This document shows positions 9,695 to 18,714 of a stretch of 48,971 bases of DNA, in pieces. The position numbers were made by a program, and so were the translations under genes. The DNA is from Syntrophomonadaceae bacterium (GTDB lineage: Bacteria > Bacillota > Syntrophomonadia > Syntrophomonadales > Syntrophomonadaceae), in assembly GCA_018432955.1 (NCBI GenBank), contig JAHDSE010000084.1, forward strand, positions 1-48,971, given 5' to 3'. Below the pieces are notes generated by a model that had not been told where the DNA came from, made no database searches, and saw nothing but the letters and a program-made list of their open reading frames with translations. Position 1 is the stretch's first letter. Every line of letters begins with the position of its first letter.

Positions 9695-11347
9695 TTATTC
9701 CAGGGAAGAGAAATAATCTCTGACTACATCGGCCATACCTGCCGGTATCGGGCTGCGATCCAGGGATTCCCGGGCCATCTGGCTGTAGTGTCCTACAAGT
9801 TCCTGGTAAGGCCGCAAAGCCTGATTAACGACAGCGGGATCGGCAGTATCAAATGTCTGCTGTGGACCTTCCCCGGCTTCTCCCTTTACAATAGAAGCAT
9901 CACCAGCCAGCCCGATTCTCGCCGGGTCAAAAATCTTTTCATATTCTCTCATACTCATTGCAGGAGAATTCAAATCTCCAGATGAAAAAGAACTGGAACT
10001 TTGCCCGGTCTGGGATTCATTCCCGGCACTGCTTCCCATACCGGCTCCCGGACCACTTCCCGCCCCCTGTCCGCCGCTGTTGTTTCCGGGGGTGTTTCCC
10101 GTACCTGAGCCACCGGTTCCCTGACCACTTCCTCCCCCTTCTCCACTTTCATTACTCCCACCGCTGGCTGAATCTCCTGTTCCTCCTTGATTCGAGGCCA
10201 GTTGTCCGCTGCTATTGCTGCTTCCTGCTGCCAATAGCCCTTGCCGGGCATTCTGCAGTGCTGCCTGAGCCAGACTCGCATCCATAGAGCCAGCGGCCTG
10301 GCTGCACATTCTTCCAATAGCACTATTCAATTCTGACTGTGGATTTCCGTTCCCTCCCTCCCCATTCTGCGTGGTATTAGCTGCATTTTTCAAAGCTGCC
10401 GCCAGTTCCGCAGGAATTTGGTCCAATGCTTTTTCCAGCATTTCTTCAACAGACTCTTCGCCTTCGGCACCCTCTCCTGGCATTTCGCCTTCCTTATCCA
10501 TTAAGCTGTTAAATTCTTTTTGACTTCCTTCTATATCACCGGCAGCCATCTTCTCAGCCAGTTCCCTGCTGGCTTCATTTTCTTTCATCTCCATAAGCAA
10601 TTCCTGAATATCATCACCAAATTCTCCCCCGGCCTGTTCTTCCTGTATTTGCGTCTGGGCTCTGGACAAAGCTTTTAACGCGTCTTCAAGCCTATCGGCT
10701 TCCTGCAGGTCTTTCTGTAGATCTTCCAGAAGGTCTATGAGTTCAGCCCTTTCTTCCAGAGGAAATTTTTCTTCCTTTTCCTGTAATCCTTTTTTGGCTT
10801 CTTCAATCTTTTTTTCCTGTACAGCTATTTCTTTTCTAATCTCTTCCTGCTTTTGCACCTGCTCCTGCATAGGATTGGGCAGATAAACCAGCAGCAACAA
10901 CAAGACGGCTGTCCCGGCTAAAACCCAGGTTTCACGTATCGGAGTAAAAAAGGGAATCTTTTCTTTCACATTTAATGCTTTAAGGTTTCTCAGGGCGTCT
11001 TCCCGCTGTCTCCTGGCTATATCACTATCCTGTCCTGATAATTCACAGGCCGTACTCGCCCTTTCCTTGAGACCACAGGCATCCGCACGACAGGCGGCCT
11101 CCCATATATCCGGTCTCTTAAAAAATGCTGTTGTCAAAGCCAGCAATAATACTACAGCAGACCCCAAAAGGCAAAAGGTCTTTACTTCCGCCCAGGGCCA
11201 GAAGCGGGATAAAATCAGGAAACAGGCGGAAGCAAGCATTCCTGCAGCCAGCCCCCGAAGCAGCCATTTAAAGTAATGCTGGTATGATATACGTTGCAGT
11301 ATAGAATAAAGGGCCTTTTCCAGTTCCTGGTCAACCTTCCTCCTCAT
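9695..11347 (-). CDS. Membrane protein with a coiled coil and a Gly/Ser/Asn-rich low-complexity region; first gene of the MoxR cluster
   Basis: Three hydrophobic helices in the N-terminal third, a Glu/Lys-rich heptad-like stretch, about 100 aa of G/S/N/Q low complexity, and a conserved-looking C-terminal tail. The start is preceded by GAGGTGGG. Confidence 0.7.
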   Translation of the reverse strand: MRRKVDQELEKALYSILQRISYQHYFKWLLRGLAAGMLASACFLILSRFWPWAEVKTFCLLGSAVVLLLALTTAFFKRPDIWEAACRADACGLKERASTACELSGQDSDIARRQREDALRNLKALNVKEKIPFFTPIRETWVLAGTAVLLLLLVYLPNPMQEQVQKQEEIRKEIAVQEKKIEEAKKGLQEKEEKFPLEERAELIDLLEDLQKDLQEADRLEDALKALSRAQTQIQEEQAGGEFGDDIQELLMEMKENEASRELAEKMAAGDIEGSQKEFNSLMDKEGEMPGEGAEGEESVEEMLEKALDQIPAELAAALKNAANTTQNGEGGNGNPQSELNSAIGRMCSQAAGSMDASLAQAALQNARQGLLAAGSSNSSGQLASNQGGTGDSASGGSNESGEGGGSGQGTGGSGTGNTPGNNSGGQGAGSGPGAGMGSSAGNESQTGQSSSSFSSGDLNSPAMSMREYEKIFDPARIGLAGDASIVKGEAGEGPQQTFDTADPAVVNQALRPYQELVGHYSQMARESLDRSPIPAGMADVVRDYFSSLE

Positions 11348-11416
11348 TTTCCCACCTCACTTAATTTATTTAATCAAAGCTTCGCAGTAGACAGATTTAA
11401 CGCCGTAGGAGTTTTA

Positions 11417-11723
11417 TTTGACACGGACTCGCTACGCTCGTACACAGATCCTGCGGACACAAATTAACACGGATTCGTTTTGTTGTTTTAGTTTAGTGGA
11501 CGACAAAAATTTTAGTCGATAGTTAATAAAATACTTGGCTTCCATTAATGTTTGTTTCAGGATAACGGAAGCTATAGCTTCCGTTATCCTGAAAACTAGA
11601 AAAAAAGCAATTTATTAACCATCCGTTCATATTGTAGATTCCAATAAATATAAAAACATTAAAGAAAAAAAATCAGTGTAAATCTGTTAAATCCGTGTGC
11701 GAGCGTAGCGAGACCGTGTCAAA
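11417..11723. repeat. Intergenic element of about 300 bp bounded by inverted repeats (MITE-like or a long-range RNA helix), with a perfect central palindrome
   Basis: The left arm TTTGACACGGACTCGCTACGCTCGTACACA (11417-11446) pairs with the reverse complement of the right arm TGTGCGAGCGTAGCGAGACCGTGTCAAA (11696-11723), with one mismatch and one indel. The interior is AT-rich and contains the perfect palindrome CAGGATAACGGAAGCT-AT-AGCTTCCGTTATCCTG (11558-11591). Confidence 0.6.
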
Positions 11724-11763
11724 AAACACCTTGTTGCGCATTATCTGTCTTATGCGTCAGTGA
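11721..11763 (-). terminator. Possible intrinsic terminator of fhs
   Basis: Minus strand reads CACUGACGCAU-AAGACAGAUA-AUGCGCAACAAGGUG followed by UUUUUU, directly after the fhs stop codon. The stem is interrupted by an internal loop. Confidence 0.4.
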
Positions 11764-11765
11764 TT

Positions 11766-13433
11766 TTAGAACAAACCTACTATTTCTCCGTTGGCTTTTA
11801 TATCTATTTTTTCGGCTGCGGGGGTTTTGCCCAGGCCCGGCATGGTCATTACAGCACCGGCGATGGCCACAATGAAGCCTGCCCCTGCTGATAGTTTTAT
11901 CTCCCGGATATTTACCCTAAAGCCCTGCGGACGTCCTTTCAGATTGGCATCATCTGACAGTGAATACTGGGTCTTGGCTATACATACAGGCAAATTACCA
12001 TAACCCAGTTTTTCCAGTTTGGCAATCATGTTATCTGCATCTTTGCTGTAATCCACCCCATCAGCACCATAGATTTTGTCGGCAATAATCTCTATTTTCT
12101 TTTTCAATGGCTGCTCAGTTGCATACAGTAAATTAAACTCCGAAGGCTTTTCAGCAGCAGCTATCACTTTTTTAGCCAATTCCAGCCCACCTTCACTTCC
12201 CCTGGCCCAGACCTGTGAAACTGCCACTTCCACTCCGAGAGCAGCACATTTCTTTACCACCAGCTCTATCTCCTCCTGGCTATCAGTGGGGAATTCATTT
12301 AAAGCCACTACTGCCGGAACTCCAAACAGTCTGATATTTTCCAACTGTTTTTCCAGATTGCCGATACCCTTTTCCAGGGCTTCCATATTGATTTCAGCAA
12401 GTTTTTCTTTGGCTACGCCGCCATGATTCTTTAATGCCCTTATACTGGCAACCACCACTACAGCATCAGGTTTTAAATCACCATACCTGCACTTCAAATC
12501 AAAGAACTTCTCAGCTCCCAGGTCAGCCCCGAATCCTGCCTCGGTCACCATATAATCCCCCAGTTTTAACCCCATCTGAGTTGCCATCAGGCTATTGCAG
12601 CCGTGAGCAATATTGGCAAAAGGTCCGCCATGAATAAAAGCGGGGGTATTTTCCAGGGTTTGTACCAGGTTAGGTTTTATAGCATCTTTCATAAGCAGGG
12701 CCATGGAACCTTCTGCTTTCAGATCGCCGGCGGTTACAGCCTCTCCCTCATAGGTATAAGCTACTACAATACGCCTGAATCTCTCCTTCAAATCCATCAA
12801 ATCAGAGGCCAGGCACAAAACAGCCATAAGCTCTGAAGCCACACTGATATCAAATCCTGATTCACGCGGTACACCATTAATCTTGCCGCCCAATCCTATT
12901 ACTATATTACGCAAAGCCCTTTCATTCAAGTCCATGGCCCTGCGCAACACTATTTGTCGGGGATCAATATTCAGGGCATTTCCCTGATGTATATGGTTGT
13001 CCAATATTGCTGCCAGGAGATTATGGGCTGTGGTAACCGCATGAATATCTCCGGTAAAATGAAGATTGATATCCTCCATGGGAACTACCTGGGAATAACC
13101 ACCTCCGGCGGCTCCTCCTTTTATGCCAAAACTTGGCCCCAGGGAAGGCTCGCGCAAGCCTATTATAGCTTTTTTACCAAGCTTGTTCAGAGCCATACCC
13201 AATCCAACTGTATTGGTGGTCTTGCCTTCTCCAGCCGGGGTAGGAGTAATAGCAGTAACCAGAACAAGTTTTCCCGAAGGCCGGTTTTTAATCCGCTCCC
13301 ACACCTTCAACGATACTTTGGCCTTATATTTGCCATAAAGCTCAATATCATCTTCCGATAAACCAATAATGCCGGCAATTTCTGTTATTGCTTTCATTGT
13401 CGCTTCCTGAGCAATTTCTATATCGCTTTTCAT
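11766..13433 (-). CDS. fhs: Formate--tetrahydrofolate ligase
   Basis: Full-length match to the family pattern, including [11 protein letters not shown], at 555 aa. Confidence 0.97.
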   Translation of the reverse strand: MKSDIEIAQEATMKAITEIAGIIGLSEDDIELYGKYKAKVSLKVWERIKNRPSGKLVLVTAITPTPAGEGKTTNTVGLGMALNKLGKKAIIGLREPSLGPSFGIKGGAAGGGYSQVVPMEDINLHFTGDIHAVTTAHNLLAAILDNHIHQGNALNIDPRQIVLRRAMDLNERALRNIVIGLGGKINGVPRESGFDISVASELMAVLCLASDLMDLKERFRRIVVAYTYEGEAVTAGDLKAEGSMALLMKDAIKPNLVQTLENTPAFIHGGPFANIAHGCNSLMATQMGLKLGDYMVTEAGFGADLGAEKFFDLKCRYGDLKPDAVVVVASIRALKNHGGVAKEKLAEINMEALEKGIGNLEKQLENIRLFGVPAVVALNEFPTDSQEEIELVVKKCAALGVEVAVSQVWARGSEGGLELAKKVIAAAEKPSEFNLLYATEQPLKKKIEIIADKIYGADGVDYSKDADNMIAKLEKLGYGNLPVCIAKTQYSLSDDANLKGRPQGFRVNIREIKLSAGAGFIVAIAGAVMTMPGLGKTPAAEKIDIKANGEIVGLF

Positions 13434-13507
13434 TTGTCGATTTTCTCCTTTATTGTTTTTTGTATACCATTGTAACTTATAATTATAATTCGTCCAATAT
13501 CATTATT

Positions 13508-14044
13508 TTATCTAAAAAGGAGATTGCAGATATATACGGCAGCAAAGAATCCTGTTATATCTGCAGTCAGGCCGGTAACTATGGAATAACGGTATTTTTT
13601 TATGCCAACGGCTCCAAAATACACTGTCAAAACAAAAAAAGTAGTATCAGTAGTCCCCTGCATCACAGATGCCAGCCTTCCAATAAAGGAATCCGGGCCA
13701 TACACTCTCATTAATTCGGTAGCCAGCCCCAGTACCCCGCTTCCAGACATGGGACGCATTATTGCCAGAGGTAGAACTTCGGATGGAGCACCTATTTGAT
13801 AAGTTAAAGGAGAGAGAAACTGAGTTAGATAGTCCATTGCCCCCGAAGCTCTGAAAACTGATATGGCCACCATCATACCCACAAGAAAAGGGATTATCTT
13901 AACTGCAGTTGTGAAACCCTCTTCAGCCCCTTCTACAAAGGATTCATAAACAGGTACTTTTTTTAGATAGCCATAAATCGGTATAATGAGCAAAAGCAAG
14001 GGGATAGCCCATTTGGAAACTAAGGTAAGAATACACAGGAGCAT
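13508..14044 (-). CDS. spmB: Spore maturation protein B
   Basis: Polytopic membrane protein of 178 aa with the nucleoside-recognition-type pattern, immediately downstream of spmA. Confidence 0.88.
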   Translation of the reverse strand: MLLCILTLVSKWAIPLLLLIIPIYGYLKKVPVYESFVEGAEEGFTTAVKIIPFLVGMMVAISVFRASGAMDYLTQFLSPLTYQIGAPSEVLPLAIMRPMSGSGVLGLATELMRVYGPDSFIGRLASVMQGTTDTTFFVLTVYFGAVGIKKYRYSIVTGLTADITGFFAAVYICNLLFR

Positions 14045-14047
14045 TTA

Positions 14048-14644
14048 TTAGTGCCTCCCCCAGCGGCTTTTACTGCGGAACCAGTAATCAAGAGAAACCG
14101 CAATAATCATGGCTATGGCAGTAGCAAAAATACAGGGACCTACTATTTCAGTAGGGTTGGCGGATTCACAAGAAAGGCGTACACCAATTATTGTTGCTGG
14201 GATTAAAGTTATACAGGAAGTGTTCAGGGCCAGAAAAGTACACATGGCTTCTGAAGCCTCATCTGACTGGGAATTAAGTTCCTGGAGCTCCTGCATGGCT
14301 TTCATCCCGAAAGGTGTAGCAGCATTCCCCAGTCCCAGCATATTGGCACTGAGGTTTAGAATTATCGCTCCCATAGCCGGGTGTTCCGGGGGAACACTGG
14401 GAAAAAGCTTGACCATTAAGGGTCTCATCAATCTGGCCAGGCTTTTGACCAGGCCGCCTTTTTCAGCAATTTTCATTATACCCAGCCAGAGCGCCATAAT
14501 CCCAATCAAATCAAAACAGACTTCAACAGCTCCCTTGGCTGCTCCCAGGGCAGCCTCGGTTACAATTTCAATATTACCGTTAGCAGCAGCTACAATAATT
14601 CCCGAAGTCAGGAGTAAAAGCCAGATTAAATTAAGCAAAATCAT
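14048..14644 (-). CDS. spmA: Spore maturation protein A
   Basis: Polytopic membrane protein of 198 aa, with a 3-nt gap to spmB. This is the classic spmA-spmB pair. Confidence 0.88.
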   Translation of the reverse strand: MILLNLIWLLLLTSGIIVAAANGNIEIVTEAALGAAKGAVEVCFDLIGIMALWLGIMKIAEKGGLVKSLARLMRPLMVKLFPSVPPEHPAMGAIILNLSANMLGLGNAATPFGMKAMQELQELNSQSDEASEAMCTFLALNTSCITLIPATIIGVRLSCESANPTEIVGPCIFATAIAMIIAVSLDYWFRSKSRWGRH

Positions 14645-14894
14645 ACCTCCACCAAGTCCGGTCTTTTAGAAGGTATGATTTTTCATGGAAAATTAGAACA
14701 ACCTATTCCCGTCATATTATCTTTAAAAACCTACTATTATGTTTCACATAAATTTAATCCGGCATGTCATTCTGTGAATCAGCCAAGCCACCTTAATCGT
14801 GAGCAAATAGAACATCATTAGTGCCCGGTGCCCGGAGGGTGAATCTTAAAATACTGCGGCTTTGCCTCAGGACGAGAAGCAATAAAAAAGCCAA

Positions 14895-15326
14895 TTAAGC
14901 AAAATCCTCATTTGTTTGTTTACTTATTTTATTCGTCTCTTTTTTAAACAGGTTTTCCAGCTTATCCATCAATTGCGGAGCAATATCCACTATTCTTTCA
15001 GCCAGCGGATTTCCTGAAACTGTCATTAATCTTATGTCATTCATTTTCACTACCAAACACCCTACCGGTTTTACTGATACTCCTGCGCCGCTGCCTCCGG
15101 CGAAGGGCAATTCCGGGTTCTTGGAAGACGCCAGGAGTTCATATTCTCCTCCACCGGCAGCAAAACCACAGGCTACCTGTGAGATGGGAATAATCACGGT
15201 TCCATCGTTGGTTTCTACAGCATCACCGACAACTGTATTTACATCAACCATTTCCTTGATGCTCTGCATAGCAGTCTGCATAAGCCCCTCTATAGGATGA
15301 CTCTGTTTTTCTCCATTTAAATCCAT
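14895..15326 (-). CDS. ytfJ: GerW/YtfJ-family sporulation protein
   Basis: HPIEGLMQTAMQSIKEMVDVNTVVGD...PISQVACGFAAGGGEY closely follows the Bacillus YtfJ pattern. Confidence 0.85.
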   Translation of the reverse strand: MDLNGEKQSHPIEGLMQTAMQSIKEMVDVNTVVGDAVETNDGTVIIPISQVACGFAAGGGEYELLASSKNPELPFAGGSGAGVSVKPVGCLVVKMNDIRLMTVSGNPLAERIVDIAPQLMDKLENLFKKETNKISKQTNEDFA

Positions 15327-15422
15327 TTATATACCTCCGTAATTTTATTGGTACAATTCTGAGACTCCGCCCATTTCTCAAGTGGCATAACAATCAAAAA
15401 GCCGCATTTTTAATTTCCAGGC

Positions 15423-16064
15423 TTATTGAGCCAGAGATTTTAAATATCTTTTAAATAGATATCCATAATAATAAAATCCTATAAGGATAATATGTGCTAT
15501 ACGCATCTTCAATATGCAGTTAAGCCTGCTTAAAAAGAAGCTGGAAACAAAATCGGGAGAAACGTTTAGAAAAATTTTTTCGATCCGGCTCTTATTGCTT
15601 AACTGGCTCACAATAATCCCTTTAAATGCCCACAGGCTTCCACTGGCAATAGCTGTTTTCATGGCATCGTTCATTCCTATACTGCTTCTCCAATCCAGGT
15701 TTTCAATAAGCAGGTATTTCAGATACATTCGAGATATTTTATAATATTGCATTTTTGAATCTGCTTCTTTGAAAAAGTCCAAAAAAAAATTAAACCCTGA
15801 ATCTTCCCTGAAAAGACTCAGCGGCTCATTTTTTGAATAATTGGCATTTTTTTCCTCTTTTTCAGCAGTAAAAAAACTACTGATCTTCAGCTCCAGATTC
15901 TCCAGATTATATTCTTGCGAACTATTCTTTATTGGACTTATAATTGCTGTTTTAAGAACCCGCTTATCCTTGTTCTCCAGCAATTCAAGTTTTATTTGTA
16001 TTCTTATACGTAGAGACAAAATAATTATCAATAATATGAAGCCTGAGAGTAAAATAACTTCCAT
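15423..16064 (-). CDS. DUF2953 (YtfI-like) sporulation-associated membrane protein
   Basis: N-terminal TM helix and a central IGMNDAMKTAIASGSLWAFKG motif. It sits directly upstream of ytfJ, as in the Bacillus ytfI-ytfJ pair. Confidence 0.7.
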   Translation of the reverse strand: MEVILLSGFILLIIILSLRIRIQIKLELLENKDKRVLKTAIISPIKNSSQEYNLENLELKISSFFTAEKEEKNANYSKNEPLSLFREDSGFNFFLDFFKEADSKMQYYKISRMYLKYLLIENLDWRSSIGMNDAMKTAIASGSLWAFKGIIVSQLSNKSRIEKIFLNVSPDFVSSFFLSRLNCILKMRIAHIILIGFYYYGYLFKRYLKSLAQ

Positions 16065-16119
16065 TGATACATACTCCTGTTTTTTTCATATTATTTCCAC
16101 AGATAACAGGTTTATGCAT

Positions 16120-16689
16120 CTATTCTTCTTTATCCCCTGTTGCTTCAATTATTTCCTCAATGCTGGAAATCACTTTGAACATCTCGTTATCAACATTCAG
16201 CTGAGCCCTTCCCAGCTCATAAGTTGGACAATGCAAATTATAGTCCTTGATCTTCTTGTCAATTTTTTCCAGGCTCAGGCGGCTTTCAAAATAAAAATGA
16301 GCCTTCCTTTGAGTAAACCTCTTCAAAGATATTTCGCTATGCTTATCATTGACAAAAAGATACGTATAGCGCTTGAAATAATCTACTCCCTGCCAGAATT
16401 TCTGGACATCGGCATCAATATCTTTGCCCAGTTCAATCCAATGGGGTGCAAAGTCATTGTCTTTAAGTATCTTAAAAGTCATTCTCAATTCAGGAGGCTC
16501 ATAGGGATTCTCATATAAATTCAGGGGTTTTCCCGCACCTTCAAGATTATCAAAATCTCCTCTTGCCTGGGCTTTTACTATCTGGTCTTCGACCAGATCC
16601 TGGGTACTGCTCATATAACGGGCCAATTTTTTTGCCTTTTGCGCTTTAATCTTTATTTCTTCTTCCAGAGATTTCTCCGACACCTGCAT
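16120..16689 (-). CDS. DUF1992 (DnaJC28-like) domain protein
   Basis: Motif RGDFDNLEGAGKPLNL. I chose the ATG at 16689, which has GAGGAGGAA upstream. The ORF-track N-terminal extension to 16878 lies inside scpB in another frame. Confidence 0.75.
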   Translation of the reverse strand: MQVSEKSLEEEIKIKAQKAKKLARYMSSTQDLVEDQIVKAQARGDFDNLEGAGKPLNLYENPYEPPELRMTFKILKDNDFAPHWIELGKDIDADVQKFWQGVDYFKRYTYLFVNDKHSEISLKRFTQRKAHFYFESRLSLEKIDKKIKDYNLHCPTYELGRAQLNVDNEMFKVISSIEEIIEATGDKEE

Positions 16690-17200
16690 TTTCCTCCTCA
16701 AGATCCGGCAATTCATCGATGCTGGATAAACCAAATAACCGCAAAAATTCGTCTGTGGTAACATAAAGAAGCGGTCTCCCTGCCACTGCCTTCTGCCCTG
16801 CTTCCTCAATAAGCCCTTTTTCCAGTAGGTTATTGATAATTTTATCCGACTTGACTCCCCGTATTTTTTCAATCTCAAGCCTGGTAACCGGCTGCTGGTA
16901 TGCTATAATTGCCAGGGTTTCCATTGCTGCAGCTGTCAACCTCCGGCGCACCGGTTTTTCCATCCTGCTTATAATATCCGAATAAAGAGGGTTGGTACAC
17001 ATTGCGAAAGCATTATCGACTTCTACAATCTGTATGCCTCTTTTTTCTTTATTATACTCCAAAATCATTTCACGCAAAATCATCTTCAGATCAAGCAGGG
17101 GAACATCCAATAATTCCACTAATTCATCTGTATTCACATAATCCGAACGCATGAAAAGAACGGCCTCCAATGCCGCTTTAAGCTCATCCCGCATCAACAT
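16646..17200 (-). CDS. scpB: Segregation and condensation protein B
   Basis: LEAVLFMRSDYV...ETLAIIAYQQPVTRLEIEKIRGV follows the ScpB pattern. It is adjacent to scpA. Confidence 0.93.
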   Translation of the reverse strand: MLMRDELKAALEAVLFMRSDYVNTDELVELLDVPLLDLKMILREMILEYNKEKRGIQIVEVDNAFAMCTNPLYSDIISRMEKPVRRRLTAAAMETLAIIAYQQPVTRLEIEKIRGVKSDKIINNLLEKGLIEEAGQKAVAGRPLLYVTTDEFLRLFGLSSIDELPDLEEENAGVGEISGRRNKD

Positions 17201-17201
17201 T

Positions 17202-17924
17202 TTACCCCGCCACCACCATACGTATTATTATTTCGGAAAAATACTCTTTTTGATAAGCATGAATCTTCTGTAAGCGAATCAGTTCCAATAAAGCCAAAAA
17301 AAGCACCAGAGCCTCTCTCTTATTGACTGCACCGGAAAACAGATCCTGGAAAACCAGTCCTTCGGGTCTGTTTTCCAACCGCCCCAATATTTCTTCCATT
17401 TTATCACCTATATTAATATCTCCTGTGGGTAGATAGAACTCACTGTCAACAGCCAATTTATCCCGTAAAAGGTTTTGATAGCTGCGAAACAGTACTTTGA
17501 GATCAGCCACTATCTCTTCTTTGCCTGTCAGTTCTGTATCCTTGGTTCTGAAAAACACTCTTTTGATTTCTCCACTCTGGCGAGCCAGCAGATAGTCAGC
17601 CACTTTCTTGTATTTTTTGTAATCCAACAGACTCCTGACCAGTTCTTCGCGGGGATCAGGAACATTATCTGCTTCATCTTCCACGAAAGCATTATTCCGG
17701 GGCAAGAGCATCCTGGACTTCAGATTAAGCAGATAAGAAGCCATCAGCAGAAAGTCCCCCAATCTTTCCAGGTCCAGATCCCCAGTTGATTGAAGGTATT
17801 TTAGATATTGATCACTAATTACCGCTACAGGTATATCATAAATATCCACTTCGTTTTTTTCAATTAGATATAAGAGAAGATCCATGGGCCCATGAAAGGC
17901 TTCCAGCTCAACAATATACGCCAT
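17202..17924 (-). CDS. scpA: Segregation and condensation protein A
   Basis: The N-terminus LEAFHGPMDLLLYLIEKNEVDIYDIPV is the kleisin ScpA signature. Confidence 0.93.
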   Translation of the reverse strand: MAYIVELEAFHGPMDLLLYLIEKNEVDIYDIPVAVISDQYLKYLQSTGDLDLERLGDFLLMASYLLNLKSRMLLPRNNAFVEDEADNVPDPREELVRSLLDYKKYKKVADYLLARQSGEIKRVFFRTKDTELTGKEEIVADLKVLFRSYQNLLRDKLAVDSEFYLPTGDINIGDKMEEILGRLENRPEGLVFQDLFSGAVNKREALVLFLALLELIRLQKIHAYQKEYFSEIIIRMVVAG

Positions 17925-18093
17925 TCAAATCACCCGCTTTGCTAATTAATAATTAGTAACTAATAATTATGGTGGAAATGCTGCGCATTTCTTGTTATCG
18001 CATGCTCACATTGTTGCAGCAACCGGCAGTCTTTAGCAATAAAATAAAGGGGGAAATGCCAGCTTTTCCTGGATTATATATTAACTATGATTA

Positions 18094-18714
18094 TTAAAAA
18101 ACTATCATATAGAGTATACCGCCTAAAAAGTTTGCCAAAGGCAGAAACACTTTTGATGCAATACCGGTGACAATAAATAGCAAAAGAAGCAGTGGTCCAT
18201 ATTGTTCCAGGGAATACAAAGCCTGAGCACCCGAATCCGGCAGTAAGCCGGCCAGTATTTTGGAACCATCCAGTGGCGGCAAAGGTATCAGGTTAAAGGC
18301 TGCGAGAATTAAGTTAATCTGGATCAAGGGCTGTACCATAGCCAACGAAATATTTGCCCATTCATAAGCCTGATAGGGAATAAGAAGCTTCAGCAGTATC
18401 ATGCCAATAAAAGCCAATACTATATTCATTCCCGGTCCAGCCAAAGATACCAGCATCATCCCCGTTTTAATGCTTGTACCTTTAAAATTCAGAGGATTTA
18501 CCGGAACCGGCTTGGCCCATCCGAAATGGAAGATAAATAACATTAAAAACCCTATAGGATCAATATGGGGGAAAGGGTTCAGGGTTAGTCTGCCATAGCT
18601 GTATGCAGTCTCGTCTCCCAGCCAGTAAGCCACTTTCCCATGGGCATATTCGTGAAATGTCAGAGCAATGATAATAGCCGGCAATGCTATCATCATACTA
18701 GTTATGGTCTGCAC
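18094..18714 (-). CDS. Site-2 protease family (peptidase M50) membrane metalloprotease
   Basis: An HEYAHG (HExxH) motif lies within the first TM region, and the protein is polytopic. Its start overlaps the stop of the upstream gene by 17 nt. Confidence 0.85.
   Translation of the reverse strand: MQTITSMMIALPAIIIALTFHEYAHGKVAYWLGDETAYSYGRLTLNPFPHIDPIGFLMLFIFHFGWAKPVPVNPLNFKGTSIKTGMMLVSLAGPGMNIVLAFIGMILLKLLIPYQAYEWANISLAMVQPLIQINLILAAFNLIPLPPLDGSKILAGLLPDSGAQALYSLEQYGPLLLLLFIVTGIASKVFLPLANFLGGILYMIVF

Noticed and set aside
11558-11591. Perfect palindrome considered as an intrinsic (bidirectional) terminator
   Set aside because: The flanks have the wrong polarity: U-rich before and A-rich after the stem on both strands. 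No U-tract follows the hairpin in either direction.
13434-13507. ZTP or THF riboswitch upstream of fhs
   Set aside because: The gap to spmB is only 74 nt and AT-rich, which is too short. It lacks the GGGUCGUGAC/CCGCCUGGGC-type conserved blocks.
14109-14669. 186-aa plus-strand ORF
   Set aside because: It lies exactly antisense to spmA, which is a confident family match. It is a typical shadow ORF.
14780-14880. c-di-GMP-I (GEMM)-like fragments (GGCAAAGCC, CCUCCGGGC) upstream of spmA
   Set aside because: These are only short, isolated resemblances. I could not build the two-hairpin GEMM architecture with the tetraloop and receptor.
15841-16518. 225-aa plus-strand ORF
   Set aside because: It lies antisense to the DUF2953 and DUF1992 genes. 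The composition is a low-complexity, Phe/Ile/Leu-rich shadow of an AT-rich coding strand, and it has no RBS. It is a shadow ORF.
16690-16878. 63-codon N-terminal extension of the DUF1992 ORF
   Set aside because: The extension lies inside scpB in another frame and has an odd composition. The internal ATG at 16689 has a strong GAGGAGGAA RBS.
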